From: Rotaria socialis
Taxonomy: Eukaryota
Direction of reading: 5' to 3'
Length of the DNA stretch: 64,000 bases
NCBI GenBank assembly: GCA_905331485.1
Contig: CAJNYT010000045.1
Location: 51,001-115,000, forward strand
The position numbers and the translations under genes were made by a program. Numbering within the stretch: position 1 is the first letter of the stretch; every line of letters starts with the position of its first letter. Shown here piece after piece: positions 13,664 to 28,193 of the stretch. A model generated the notes under the pieces. The model did not search any database. It was not told where the DNA came from and saw only the letters and a program-made list of their open reading frames with translations.

Positions 13664-15002
13664 ATGTCTTACCGTTATGTCTATCCAAATGGAGCACCAG
13701 CCGTAGGTGCAGCTCCAATGTCTGGTTATAATGTTGATTCAGCATTAATGTCTGCTGGTTACCCAAATGGTACTTCTACAAATATGTACGACGATCGTAG
13801 ACGACGGTAATTAATTGATTTTATTTTTTAGGTCTTTTTTATTACTATTATTATTATTACTACTAGATCATATTCACCAGGGTCTTTCTCGTCTGATAGT
13901 GAAAGTAGTGATGATTATGAATATCGTGGACGAATGATCACACGTGAATCGCGATGTCCACGTGATATAGTTCGTGCACCAACTCCGCCTCCTATTATTA
14001 AACGAGTTGTTGAACGAGCTCCAACACCTGAAGCACCTATCATGGAACGAGTACATATTATATTCATAGATTTAAAAACAAAAATAAAAAACTATTGCTT
14101 TACATTTCCAATCTATAAAGGTTATTATTCGACCACAAGCTCAGGAAATTGTTGAACGTGTCATTGAACAACCACGTACACCACCACCACGTATCATTCA
14201 AAAAGAAATGCAAGAAGAAGCTCCACCACCAATTGTTCGAACGCGGTATATTTTTTCTTATCATAGTTTTAGGTGCACATTAAGAAGATTTTATTTTTTA
14301 TCTAGAGTTATCAAAGTCGATCGTCCACATCGTAGTGGCTATAGCCAACCAGGTTCACCCTATACTCATCAATATACTGGATTACCTTCATGCTCGAATG
14401 GTGTTTTAGGCAGTAGTAATCATTATCGAACGCATTCAATTCTAGGTTCTGTAGGGCGACCTGCTGCATTTAATGATGGATTTGAACCTAATCCGAGTTT
14501 TTCATCGGCATCAAGTTATGAATATGCTCCACCACCACAAATGGCACCAGCAGCTCCTCAAACAACAATGATGATGATGCCACAAGTACAACCGATGGGT
14601 GTAATGCACCATCAACAACAACAGCAGCAACAGCAGCAAATGCAAATGCAACCAATAGGCGTCATGCAACAACAACAAATGCAACCCATTGGTGTAATGC
14701 ATCAACATCCAATGCATCAACAACCTATGCAACAACAAGTTATGTATCGACCAGTTCAAATGCAATCGTCCATGCAACATCCATCAATGCCACAATTAGG
14801 ATCGAATTATTTCCCTCAAAATATGATGTATCCAGCACATCAAGGAATGTCATTAGGTTATCGTCCGATGATGCAACAAGGTAGAATGATTCCGAATGGT
14901 ATGTCTATGATGACTACTGGTAATACATTTGTTCCACAAGCAGGTCAGTTTCCAAGTCAACCACCAATGTTTAATCCAATGGCTCAACAACTTGCCTTTT
15001 AA
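13664..15002 (+). CDS. Low-complexity Q/M/P-rich protein (prion-like C-terminus), about 4 exons: join(13664..13806, 13867..14050, 14121..14245, 14306..15002).
   Basis: ATG at 13664. Exons are linked by GT..AG introns of 54-70 bp with consistent phase (frames checked against ORFs 13934 and 14208). The last exon encodes poly-Q/M repeats (QPIGVM xN, Q9). The N-terminus has (V)ERAPTPxxP repeats. The fourth intron is in-frame (60 nt), so its existence is uncertain. Confidence 0.5.
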
Positions 15003-16294
15003 ATAAAATCATTTTCTATGAACTTTTTTAATCAGCATTTTCTGTTAAACTATTCAGTCAGATAATAATTCTATTTCTCTGTGGGTTATATTATCATTCA
15101 TTCATGTTTTAGAAGAATAAAATTTCATCGTTGATACATCCAAACTAAATTCCGATAGGAAAAAAAAATAATAAAATTTTATCGCCGCAACTCTTGATAA
15201 TTTCATTGTCAAAAACTATCAATCACTCGATTAATTTATATAATAAAAATTATATATACGTAAATATCTACTCTCGTGAAAGGAAAAATTGAATCGTTAT
15301 GCATTCGCATGTCTCTCATAATTTCAGTGCAAGCGATCCGGCACTATAATATATATAAAATCGAAACTTATTTCTATTGTTCTAGATCTAACCGATATTC
15401 AACTTTATAAAAATTTTCATGTACCATATGGTGATTTGAATCGAATTCTACTTTGGTGATATTCAAGATTAAAAGTCTTTTCAATGATCCGCAAGCTATA
15501 GTCATAATATTCACAACAACATCAGCATATCAGTGCTGAGCGTTTTCATCGTACTATATCGAATGAAACCCCGTGAGTATATGAAAACAAAGTATGAGAA
15601 AAAGCAGTCAAATAAAAATAAGCAACAGTAAATCATAATTATGAATGTTGATTGATGAAGTAAACTAACGTTGTTCATTCTCGAACTTCCATGTATAAAT
15701 ATATTCTTTTTTTTTCATGTCACAAAAACCTTTGCATGTTATTCGCACGTATTTCTTGATGATTTAAATAAAATTTATTTGCGTTAATTTGGTTTTTCAA
15801 AATCAACAACCTAATAAAACATGATTATGAAAAATAGTATATTGCTATTGAAATACATCTTTATTAAACATATCTATTAATACGACTTAACTATTTTATT
15901 TTATTTATATAGAAAATTTAACAAAGGACACGTGACTATAAACGGAATCCTAAGTGATAAGAATATTCTATTACGATGTTCGATAAAAATATTTATAAAA
16001 ACTCATCATCTACTGCCATCTATACATATCCCACCGAGAGATATTATAGCTAAAAAATGAACTATTCTCCTTAATTATTTTATTTCTTTGTAGAAATTTC
16101 AAATCAACTAAAAAATGATGTTACTTTTATTTCCTCTGTCTCATTAACAAATTCATTGTGAGTGAATCGTTCAACGAAACAATATGGTTACTAGTCAACA
16201 GACACTGTTCATTGTCTAGCAGATCACTGTCTATTTAACAATCGTCCGATCATTTTTTCTGTAATCTGTTATCTATCGATAGTCATTCATAACC

Positions 16295-17696
16295 ATGCCT
16301 AGCTCACGTGACGATGATGTTTATCAAGCTAAATTGGCTGAACAAGCCGAACGATATGAAGGTAATATACACAATGCTTTTTGTCGCACTATTTTACAAA
16401 AAAATTGATAATTTATAGAAATGGTTGAATCCATGAAAAAGGTCGCAAAAATTGATCAAGAATTAACAGTTGAAGAACGTAATTTACTTTCTGTTGCTTA
16501 CAAAAATTTAATCGGTGCGCGACGAGCATCATGGCGCATAATTACTAATATTGAAAGCAAAGAAGAAACCAAATCGGAAAATAGTAAAATGGCTTTAATA
16601 AAAAAATACCGTTCTCAGGTTGGTTTTGAAATATGTCTTATTCAAAATTCACATAATCATATACGAGAGAAACTGAAAACATCGCATTCACGTATTTGAT
16701 CAAAGAATCAGATGCAGTTTTCAGCGTTAGCAGATTCTTTTTCCGAGTTTTCAATAAAAGATGGCCCGTCCGCTTTGATTGACGGCCATTGTTTAATGCG
16801 TCCGACGTGAAAGATTCATTTGAACTAGCATCAAGACATGAACATATAATATAACATATAATATAAATCAAGGCGTAAGTTCGCACATACGGAATCACTA
16901 TCTGAAATAGTGCCATGATTAGAAATGGCTGCGATGGAATCCGCTGCATATCTATAGCATAGCTAAAACATGCTTATCTGGAAAGTGGCTTGCTAAACTG
17001 CTCTCAAACGAATTGAAAGTTGACCACATGATATCCGATTAAGATCTTAGTTTTCTTTTTTTCTATACCTTCTCGATTATGTTTAGGTTGAAAAAGAATT
17101 GCGTGATATTTGTCAAGATATTCTCGATTTACTCGATAAAAATCTTTTACCAAATGCCGCATCAGGCGAAAGTAAAGTTTTCTATTTGAAAATGAAAGGC
17201 GATTATCATCGTTATAAAGCTGAATTTGCAACCCAAGATGACCGCAAAGAAGCCGCTGAAAGTTCTCTTATTGCATATACCAAAGCCAATGATATTGCAC
17301 AAAATGAATTGCCACCAACACATCCAATACGTCTTGGTTTAGCATTAAATTTTTCGGTATTCTATTATGAAATTCTTAACACGCCGGAACGAGCATGCCG
17401 ATTGGCTAAACAAGTAATTTAAAAAATATAAATTTTTTTGTTAATGTTATTTTTTTTCTTAAAGGCTTTCGATGATGCAATTGCTGAATTAGATACACTC
17501 AATGAAGACACATACAAAGGTATAGATTCATAGATTCGCTAGTATAAAACTTACGTTCATATATCTTTCTTATTTAGATTCAACATTAATTATGCAACTC
17601 CTACGGGATAATCTAACTTTATGGACAACCGATATGCCAGCTGATGGGGATAACGCTCATAATGAAGTTCAAGATGTTGATGATGATCAGAAGTGA
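16295..17696 (+). CDS. YWHAE: 14-3-3 protein epsilon orthologue, 255 aa, 5 exons: join(16295..16361, 16419..16618, 17087..17413, 17465..17519, 17578..17696).
   Basis: The translation [68 protein letters not shown]...[25 protein letters not shown]... aligns along its whole length with 14-3-3 epsilon. Exon lengths sum to 768 nt (255 aa plus stop). All introns are GT..AG. Confidence 0.95.
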
Positions 17697-20600
17697 TTTA
17701 TTTCATCTAAATCGTTGTTGTTCAATCAAAAAAAAAACACTAAATCTTTTTTTTTCTTCTTTCTCATGTTTCAAAAACAAAACTAAAACTTGCTGTTTCA
17801 CTGATTGTATCACAACCAATAAGCTTTATATATATGTGTGTGTATTTGTAAGAGAATCTCCTTTGTGTGTGAGAATCGAACCTTCTTCTTTTCTTTTTGA
17901 ATGAAATATAGATAACGAGTAGATTTAATGAGACAGACAAAATCCTTTTCTCTCTTATATATATATGTACTCGTCTAAAACTCTGTTGTTTTCCTTTTGT
18001 TTTACTTACTGTATTTCAAATGACTCATACAGACATTCCTTATTTCGTCAAACGGGCCCATCTTCGATCTATATGTATTCCCAATTATGAAAATCATTCA
18101 CATTGTTCGTTTCCTCTATATAAAAAAATGCATAATATAAATAAGTGTTTCGATGTTCCCATTCCCATCCTCAGCTTCAATTTTTTTTTTATTTCAATAA
18201 AACATCTTCAAGAATATATTATTACATTAGTATCAGTGCACACAGATCTTCATAATGAAAGTTGGAAGTTCTACATAATAACCGGATAATTAAAGTATTC
18301 ATTTGCATGATTACTGTGAATCAGGAATAATAATTATCATACAAAAATTGTTTTTAAATGATGTTAATTTCATTGTTAAACAGACGAACTTATTTTTTTT
18401 TTGCAATCTTTTGACATATTATCAATCAATACGAGAGTGCAAAGATCCACACACGTCAAGTTATATAATAACACTTGTTGTCTAATCATGTTCGCTCACT
18501 CGTTCTTTCTCATCTCATTCACTCAACCATCATTTTTTTTATCCAAATATCATTTATCCATTATAGAGTTTATTTTGACATGCAATCAAATAGCTTGTCA
18601 ATATGTGCGCCGTTGTTAAATGTTTAACGTCAACTAGATTCTTTAGCTTTGATTTCATATTAAAACGTAAACTGCTCTAATCGATCTTTAGAATAAGATC
18701 GATACAAATAAAGCTTACAAACGCATAAACTGATATTGTTTGTTTTGATTATACTCTAGTTTAAATCAGTAAGAACAGAAAAGATATAATACACTATGCT
18801 TCAAGTCATACTTCAATATTACTCTTATAGCAATGGTTATATTTTTTTTTTCACTAGATGTTATTGTAAACAATATACTCAAGAAGTATTCAAGACGTTT
18901 GATTGCCTAAATGTGCATGGGAACATGTCGCTCTCTTTTCGCTTGAAGAAAAAATTCTCTTCACATACTATTGACATTTCTTGTGTGCATTTCACTGAAT
19001 GGTTACTTAACTATTGAATACTTAGAAAAAAAATAATCGTGATGAAAATTAATTTTCAAGTGTGTTAATTTAATTATTTTAAGAGAAATATTAAAAGAGA
19101 AAATTTTTTTTATTAAATATGATTCACAAGTATCTGTGATGTTCGAGATACTATAGAGTGTCTTTATTGAAATCAGTCATTGATTTTTTCTGGGCCCTTG
19201 ACATAAGCAATTCACTGATGAATTCAAAGACATATATATAATATAGAAATCTTCAATTTAGAGCTTTTCTTCCGCTGATGATAGAAAAAAGAACAACTAA
19301 TCATCATTAATTTTACATTCATCGGATTTTGTGTCGGTATTAGGCAAATTTCAATGCTACTGATTGATTCTAATACAAAATCTTGAGGGTCAAGCTAGAG
19401 ATATAATTGATAATTGTCATAAGATAACACTTTCTAATAACATTATATCTATCAAATAAATCTACTGTTAGCATTCGAAATACCTATCATCTCTCGTTAG
19501 CTTTCAAACTAAACATCTGATTTAATCTTTTACTTATCAAAATCAGGCACCCATATACAAATTGGATGGACACAACACTTGTTTAGCTCTTATCCTTCGT
19601 GTTGACCATTATCCGTCTTGTGTAAAGCATCATTTTGTTTTTCTATCAACCCGTTAATAATTTAACCTTGAACGGTGATTGTTCTTTCTCTCGTTTGCTG
19701 TCAGTATCCATTGTTCATCATGCATGTCTTCATCCTCATCATCATCAGAAAGGATTCACAAGGGATGTCCTATCAAGGACCTTTGGAGTCGTTAGCTTAG
19801 CTTACCGAATCTGAAGTTTTCTGACATGAATCCTGTGCGTTATACTTGATGAGCTTTAGACTCAGCTGCACTTAGGGTAATAAAATATTTTTAGCCAGAT
19901 TATCATCGACAATAATTGTACAATGACAAAGTTCGTGAGAAAATATTGCTGCGTTTTCCGACTAAATTCGTTTAATTTTGTGCAAACCTGATAGAATATA
20001 CTATGGCATCGCTCGCCTATGGCCATTGCTGAAAGGTGACACCTGATAGAACTTTTTTTAAACAAACAATAAGATAGCGTTTTCAAAATAGATTCTGAAA
20101 AGGTATTTTTTATTCTTTCCAAACATCGTTTAATGCACTCGATAAAAAAATAAAGCGAAATATTTCAGCAACTTTTACGTCATCGATTATTGGTAACTAA
20201 CCATCCTTCATAAATGACCTCTCATCATCATCATAGCTGCGCTAACATATATTCATATACGATTTACATTTATAAATGTCGTGTGTTATACATACATGTA
20301 TAGGCGTGCACAGCAACTAGCGATGATGCGTACACATTCATATCCAAAAGAATCATACCCCATTTATCTTTTTCGTTTTTCATTTCATTTATATATTTGC
20401 TAAATTGAAATTGAACATATACTGTATGTCCATCATGGTAATCGAAAAAATATATGCAATATATAGGAAGTCAAAATGTAATTTAGTTTTTTCTTTTTTC
20501 TTTTTTCTCTTTTATATATTTATACTTGTAAAAGTAATAGGCAAGAAAAATATCGATGAACAAATTAGTCGAGTAAATATTGCCGGCTATAGCCACATGT

Positions 20601-22745
20601 GCTGTGTACATATATCCGAACACATCTGGTTATTCGTTCGAATCAACTAATGTAAAAGGCAACTCAAAGTCACAGACGTGAAATTGTTCACGAGACACAA
20701 GCAATAGTCGGCATTCAAAAAAGAAAAGTCTACCCATTTAATCGTCATCATTGTCTTTCAGTGACATTTCGTCTGGGTCGCTCATGATAAGTTGCACGAC
20801 TTGAGGCATTCTACGCTTCACTGCAATCAATATATATATATATGTATGTGTGTATCATCAGAAGTTACCACCCGCCATCATCAATACCAGAAGCTTTCTA
20901 TGTCTCAAATGTTAGTATATTACATATGTCTGTGTTAAAAAGAAAATGGTATTATAAATAATTATAACGATCATCATTGACATATATGTACATATCGATT
21001 AAAAAGACATCGTTTCTATTGAACATTTGTCGAAACGAATCTAATGATGAAAACATTAAAAATGAACATTTACTATCGAAATTTGCCTTGAAATAGTAGA
21101 TTCAAGTATAAAAAGTAATATCGACTTTCGGATTGACTGAGTAGAAGAGAGAGAGAGAAGGTCTTTGCGTAAAATTGTCAAGGTGAGCGATGAATAGAAA
21201 TCAGAATATCTAATCGAATTAATTACACCAATATAATCACATAAATAAAAGATATTTTATTTGAGTAAAAAAAATTATTTTTTTCTCTTTAGACATCACA
21301 CTTATTTTATTTTATTTTTTTATTATATAAGATGAAAGAAATCTATTGACACGTAATAGATTTGAAAACTTCAAAGATGATTGAAGTTTGAATAAGAAAA
21401 GAGGAAATTATTATATTTTGATTGAGAACTAGATTATATTTGAGAATTACAAGCTGAGAGCATTTTCAGTAATTATGTTCCCTCAATCGTTCAAGATTCA
21501 TAACTAATCATTAGCACATTTTATTCTCAATAGGAAAAACATGGTTCACCAAAATGAATTGTTTTGATTTCTCTCCGAAGACATGTGTGATCGTTTTCTG
21601 ATTGGTTACGAGAACAGATGACAAACAATCTCACAAATAACACAAAATTTTGATTTTTCGACTTCAAAGTATATATGATTGCCTTTTTCATATTTACTTG
21701 ATCAAGTTATTTTTGAATAGCTCTTGAATAAACATTCGTATAACAAGTGCACTATGTTCACATATTTTTGTAAAGACAAATATATAGTGTGCTTTCACTT
21801 TCAATAGAAACACTCTTTTTATTTCGCTATACATTTTGAGAAAAATAAACTCGAAGTTCAAAGAAAATGCAGTATTATGTGTATGTGTGTGCATGGGACC
21901 GTTGACAGCTGTATGCCACTTTAAAGGTATATTTCAAGTAGAAAAGCTCATCAATCGTCGTTTCTCATTAGGAATAAATTTTGAAATTAATCCATCATTG
22001 TAGACATGGCATGCAATGTCGCGTCAATTAGATAGTTAGAAACACAGGTGATCATGAACTTTTAATGATCTAATAGCACGCTATATTGCCGATGCTATTG
22101 GTCTCCAAGTAGGCTCGGCAATGTTACTGTGTGTCACATGCACTCTTCAGATATTTGAGAAGAGTGTGTGTGTGTGTATGTATATTTGGCACTCGAACGC
22201 CAATGATTGACATACTCCTCGCGATGATTGAACAGCAGGCAAAAGACAGAGGGAGAAGGGGAGAGAAAGAGAGAAAGAAGGGAGACGATGATCGAACGGA
22301 AGAAGGAGGAGAAGGAGACCATGTTAAAAAAATCATCTTCCTTTGTGTGTCAGTCATTCTACAACGACACAGTAGTAATACGAATGAGAATTGTTCAGTA
22401 ATCTTGTCATTTAGCAACAAAATGAAAATTGTTATAAAAGATTAATATTTTGATCAATATTTATTCTTTCAAGTGAGTACTATTTTTACTGAGTTCAATC
22501 TCAGTATACCCCTTAGGTTATTAACTAACTTCAAAATAAATAAACTTCTCTTGTTGTTAACCTAAGGGATTTTCAAGTTTGATTACTTGATTGCCGAATA
22601 AGCTCATATACATACATTATAAAGCAAGCGAGTGTATGATGTGGACATATTTACATTTTAATAGTGAATGTGCACGCAATCTTTTTTGCACGATTGATTT
22701 GATGATGTGACTACATAGTAAGTTTGTTCGTCCATAGTTCTTGGA

Positions 22746-22768
22746 CATGCTGTTTTTCTTCTTCTTCT
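22746..22768. repeat. (CTT)n microsatellite
   Basis: ttcttcttcttcttcttcttc. Confidence 0.6.
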
Positions 22769-23245
22769 TCTTCTTCATTTTTTCTTTTACTTGTCTGTTT
22801 CAATTCATTTTCTTTTTTTGTGTCTAACACAATTCATCATTAGTGTCAAATGGAACGAAAAAAAAGAGAGGTATTGCAATAATCATTATACATATACATT
22901 GTTGCTTTCTCCCTTTGTCTGTCTTCGTTTTCTTTTTTTTTCCAGCGGATCGAATTACTAACGAAAGAAAGAGGTCAGATGAAGTATGATCGCTTATTTG
23001 ACTGACTGCTGTCAGCAACAAGGTTCGAACAGGTGGGTAGGCGGGTGGACTCTTGAATCGTTTACCTACATACGTATATATATAGCTATATGCTTTGTTC
23101 GCTAAAGTTATCGTCGATGGAGTGATCATCTAATATGAAATGATCTCCCTCCCACAGTGCATATGCTTTCTTGTACACTAATATTCAAGACCGTGTGCAA
23201 TGTCCACGTAACAAAGAAGAAAAGTAGGTGCGATTATTCTATCAA

Positions 23246-23269
23246 TATATATATATATATATATATATA
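23246..23269. repeat. (AT)n microsatellite
   Basis: atatatatatatatatatatatat. Confidence 0.6.
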
Positions 23270-25262
23270 CGGTATATGTACATGTAAGTAGTTAGATGCA
23301 CATCACCGCTTATACTTATACGTATTCGAATAAGACCAATCGATTGAAATTGATCAAAAGAGCAATCATTTGTTCTTGAATGTAGGGTTTTAGTCTTGTT
23401 TCATATGTTAAACTGTCAATCATACTTGTATTCATTGTTTCATCTATTAAAACTTCTCCTTTACAAGGTTACTTATTATTATTTCTATTAAGTATAATAA
23501 AAGAAAATTGAGATATAATAGATTCAATAAAATACATTGAATTCATATTGTTCGTGTCAGTCAAAACTAGAATAGCATTCACTCTAGGGTATTTATGACC
23601 ATGTTTTCTGTCATTCAGTTCGATACATAGTGTCAATTGAGTCATTTAAACATCGGTTTGCCCGAGCATATGCAGACGCAGCTGTTGTCACGCAAAAAGT
23701 AGCTCAGGACAAGACAGCCAGTCCACATATTTTGTCTGTTGTTCCTTCATCTTCATTTTTTTTAATGTTAGATATGTGTCATACAGTCTTTGTTTACACA
23801 TTTGCGCACGTCGCTTATATATGTAGCCCTATAAAAGCAAGGCACAATCGCGCCATGCGCTTTGCCCACTTATAATCGAAAAGTTTAGATTTAATTTATT
23901 TCTCTCAATTGTTTTCAATGAGCCTTTCACATAGAGAAAGTGTGAGTGAATAGTCATTTAATGGCATCGTCTGCACGAATGAAGGATTGGTCGTTGGCAT
24001 TAGAGGCAAAAATACATAGTGTATCAGAATGAAGAGAAAGTGAGGTCAAGCAGATGTTGAAGACGGAAGTCGTCGTCGTCATTCTTCGAAGAACAATCGG
24101 GATCTTAATGGTCAATTCAAATGTAGAATGAGAAGTAGATGTCAAAAAGCGCAATCTAATAATGATACGACATCAAACGAATGAGTTGTTCTCTTGAGAT
24201 TAATCATCAATACAGTCGCAGTCACGCTTCACGCTCTCATCCGAATTCGAACCATGAATATAATACATACAAGAATAATACGCACGTTTTCTTTCAATTT
24301 TCTTCTGTCTCGCGCTGAAAAGTCTGCTTCTGCAGCTATTCAATAGGGAATCATTGTCTTTTCAGTTCATTTCTCCAATTGCTCATTTATTCTTTAATTC
24401 ATATTGTTGTGTTTGCTCTCTCGCTCTGCGTGATGTATTGATTAGTTTTTGATGGCTATATGTTGATCATCGACATATATCCACACACACATATACAAAC
24501 ATTTATAAACAGCAAGTTTGCTTCTTTAATCATGTGGTCTAGTAAAATACCATTCGTTCATATCAATACAGCCGAACACAATCATAGGCATCGTTTATAG
24601 TTTATTAGAATAACAGAAATTCAGTTTTTCATAAATTAGACTCACTAACTTCGACTACCATTAGTACCCACAATGCGCAAAGATAGGATGATCAATCTTT
24701 GAACATCCGACACACACCGTCAACATTGATTGGATTAGATAGATAAGAGAAAGAAAGAGAGAACAAGAGAGCGCTGATCAAGGTCAATTGAAGCTTTTTC
24801 CTTTCTCTTTTTCTATCGATTAGTATCATCGACTTTCATATGTTTGCTCCATGATGTAATGCAACACTATCGACAAGGTGCTTTCTTCCGGTTCTAATAA
24901 TTGACGACGTAGCATAACTACAAACAATAACAGGACTATTCAGGCCATATTAATAAAAATGTTTTCACCATCATCATCGCTATCATCATCCTTCCTACTA
25001 TTGCGTAAGGCTATTTGAATTAATCTATATTGCTATTGTGTATACTATGTAGTATGTGGATCGACGTGCAAGCATGCAGCGCATGTAATTACTGTGTTGT
25101 AAGCGAACGCATCGTGCTTGCATTGTTCAAACACATAGAAAGACTTTTAATAGGAATCGCCAAATTTTTTTTCTCTTCTGCTCTTTCATTCTTTTTATTC
25201 AAGTGTAAGCATAACTTCCGTCAAACAGAATATTTATTACATTTCAGATAATAGAAAGAACT

Positions 25263-28193
25263 ATGATGGTACGCGAAATAATTTTATTGGTGTTGATGTT
25301 TATTAACAATTGTGTATCATCAGATTGGAATTGTACGATGATTAATGATTTCATTGGCCAAAAACAAAATCTTCTTTTTTCGAATGATCAATTTTCTGAA
25401 CAGTGTACAATTACAGTTGAATATTTAAATCGTCAAAATGAAAAACTTGTATGTATTACACATACATTAACAATAACAAGTCTACCACCATTATCATTAT
25501 CTTCCAATCATACAATGCAAACATTTAAAATAAATTCATGTCAATTGTCTACACTTGGACAATTACCTTTTTCATTGCCTTCATCTGTTGAAATACTTGA
25601 TTTAAGTTATAATTCATTGTCAACGTTTATTCTTTCATTTCCATTACCGTCAAATCTAAAATATCTTTATCTTGATTCTAATCCAGATTTAATTGATATT
25701 AATTTTGGTAGCAATCGTGTACAACAACGACTTATCGGCCTTAGTCTTCGTCATAATAAAAAAATGAAACTTTTGTCTTTACCGCCTCATTTAAGTCAAC
25801 TTGATTTAACCGATTGTAACCTGCAACAATCTTCAATATTACCATTGTTGATATCATTAACAAAATTGACTCATTTATCACTATTCAACAATCAACTTGA
25901 AAGATTACCTTCTCTAGATGAAAGTGTGCGACTTGAATATCTCAATGTATCAAACAATCATTTGACATATATTGAAGATCGATGGTTACATCGACAGTTG
26001 CGTACACTCGATCTTACATTTAATCAAATACAATCATTAGAATTTTTTAAAGATAAATTAAATATGACATCTTATATAAATCACTCATCAACCGATGATT
26101 ATCATGATCAAGTAGGTGAAAAATTATCTAAGAAATCTCTTTTTTTGTTTTAATTGTTTCAAAAATTCTAATATGATTCATAACTATCCGAGAGAATAAT
26201 CAAAATTATGTAATTCTATAAGGAAATACAATACATGTATATATATATATAAATTTTACATTAAGAAAATACAGATGTCCTAAGGGTAAGTGGGCAGAAA
26301 AAGGTATTTCATCATCATTGATTATTATTGAAGGTTTGTCATTATTAATAATGCAAAAAAAAACATAACAATGAATAGTTTTTCCTATTTTGATCGATCA
26401 AAAAAAAGAGAATAACAATATCCTGTAATAAAACAAGGCACTTGAATCCTACGAAATTTATCTATGATTTCAGATCAACTAGAATTATCTGATTTAATCA
26501 ATGGAATTTTTTTCTCACTAGGTAATAGCCGAGCACACCCTTCAACTCTTTCTATATGGTAATCCATTGAAATGTGATTGTTGGCTTGGCGCAATACTTG
26601 ACTTATCTCCATCAACGATAATCGTTAGTGATTTGCATTTGCTTCAATGCCATTCACGTCCGGTTCTGGATATTCCTCATAACGAGCTCTTATGTTCATA
26701 CTCACGTCATTGTGCATCCGATTGCTCATGTTGTGATTTTGAGGCATGCGATTGTCATTCTGTATGTCCTTCGGATTGTTCATGTTCACATGATGCTCAA
26801 TGGTCACGTCATATTGTTAAATGTCCTCAAGCGAATCTATCAAATATTCATATTCTTTTACCACAAACAATCACGGAACTTGATTATGAAGAAAATAATA
26901 TTGAACATATCAAACCATTTGTATTCGTTGGTAAAACTTCATTAAAAAAATTAAATTTAGCAAACAACAATCTACAAAATTTAACTAATGATACGTTTTG
27001 TGCAGCATCTAATTTACGGGAATTAAATCTTAGTCAAAATCCAGATCTAATAAAAATATTTCAAAATATGAACGATCTAGTTGGATGTCTACAAAATCTT
27101 CAACATATCATTCTTTCCAAAGATCAAATTAATAATAAAGAACCAATAAATAATGGATGGATGTTTTTTTCCAATAGTAATGATAATCTAGTTCGTCTTA
27201 CACGTATTATACCAAAAATTACAGGTTTGTTAGAAATTTGATTTACTTCAATTTAATTTTTATCTGATTTATCTTTTAGTAACAACATCAAGTACAACAC
27301 TTTTATCTATTCTTGTGTCTGCCACTAATCGACCGACACGTAATTCAAAATTTCAATTTATTACTGTTCAACCTACATATCAGCGAGAATGTACTACATT
27401 TATATCTTCTACTGATCGAAGTGTCATTCGACATATACCATTTATTCAACATAAACAAAATCTTATTATCGTTGTATTTTTTCTTTTACTATTTCTTTTA
27501 CTTTTTCTCATATTACTAATAACATTGACTGTTTGCCGACGAAAACTTCATCGTCGTTATACAGCTGAACTTCAACGACAACGTTCTCATCATTATTGTT
27601 ATCATCACACTCGACTACATCAACCATCAATTAAAACTACTGATAGCCAAGCTATGGCAGCAGCAAATGATAGTCTCTATGAACAATTACCTTCACTATC
27701 ATCAGATAGTGAACAACCATTTTTATACAATGAGAAAAAATCCAATGCAACAAAAGTTCCAACTCTACCACCCCATCCAACAACATTTCGCCATCATTTT
27801 TGTTGTCATCCAACAGGTCAGTTAATTCATACGCCAACAACTAGCGGACATGAATATCAATATGCTGCGACAACAACAACAGGTTATTCGACACCAAATT
27901 CACAACAACATCAATGTGGTCCTGTTCTCGTATGGGCTAATCGATTACTCTATCCAACTGAAAATACACATCATCGTCGAGATTGTACATCGCCTTCGTG
28001 TTCATCTGAGTTACAACAATTACAACAATGTTTACTTTCAAAACAACAAGATCAAACATCAATAACAACTGAAAATAACATTATGCGCTACTCTAATAAT
28101 GAAACACTTTTCGTACCTACCACCAGTACTTGCCGATGTGGTAGCCATATGCAAAATACAGACATGTATATCTATCCGCATGTACATAGATAA
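25263..28193 (+). CDS. Type-I transmembrane leucine-rich-repeat receptor with a Toll-like ectodomain (LRR block, LRRCT, LRRNT, LRR block), one TM helix and a ~200-aa low-complexity cytoplasmic tail with no recognisable TIR domain. Model: join(25263..26111, 26522..27224, 27280..28193).
   Basis: Signal peptide MMVREIILLVLMFINNCVSS. Repeated LxxLxLxxN motifs. LRRCT 'GNPLKCDCWL...LLQC'. Cys cluster 'CASDCSCCDFEACDCHSVCPSDCSCSHDAQWSRHIVKC' (CPxxCxC-type LRRNT). Second LRR block, then TM 'LIIVVFFLLLFLLLFLILLITLTVC' followed by RRKLHRRY. Exon phases are consistent across two GT..AG introns. Confidence 0.75.

Noticed and set aside
14511-14780. 89-aa minus-strand ORF rich in H/L/W
   Set aside because: Antisense of the poly-Q/M (CAA/CAG/ATG) coding repeats; compositional artefact.
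16638-16949. 103-aa minus-strand ORF inside 14-3-3 intron 2
   Set aside because: No splice or start context and low-complexity translation. It lies within an intron of a well-supported gene.
23020-23060. 'ggttcgaacagg' resembling a tRNA T-arm
   Set aside because: No acceptor stem, anticodon arm or GTTCGAATCC consensus could be built around it.
26625-26945. ORFs 26625..26807 (-) and 26628..26945 (+, alternative start)
   Set aside because: They lie inside exon 2 of the LRR receptor gene in other frames. Histidine/valine-rich translation results from the Cys-rich (TGT/TGC/CAT) coding region.
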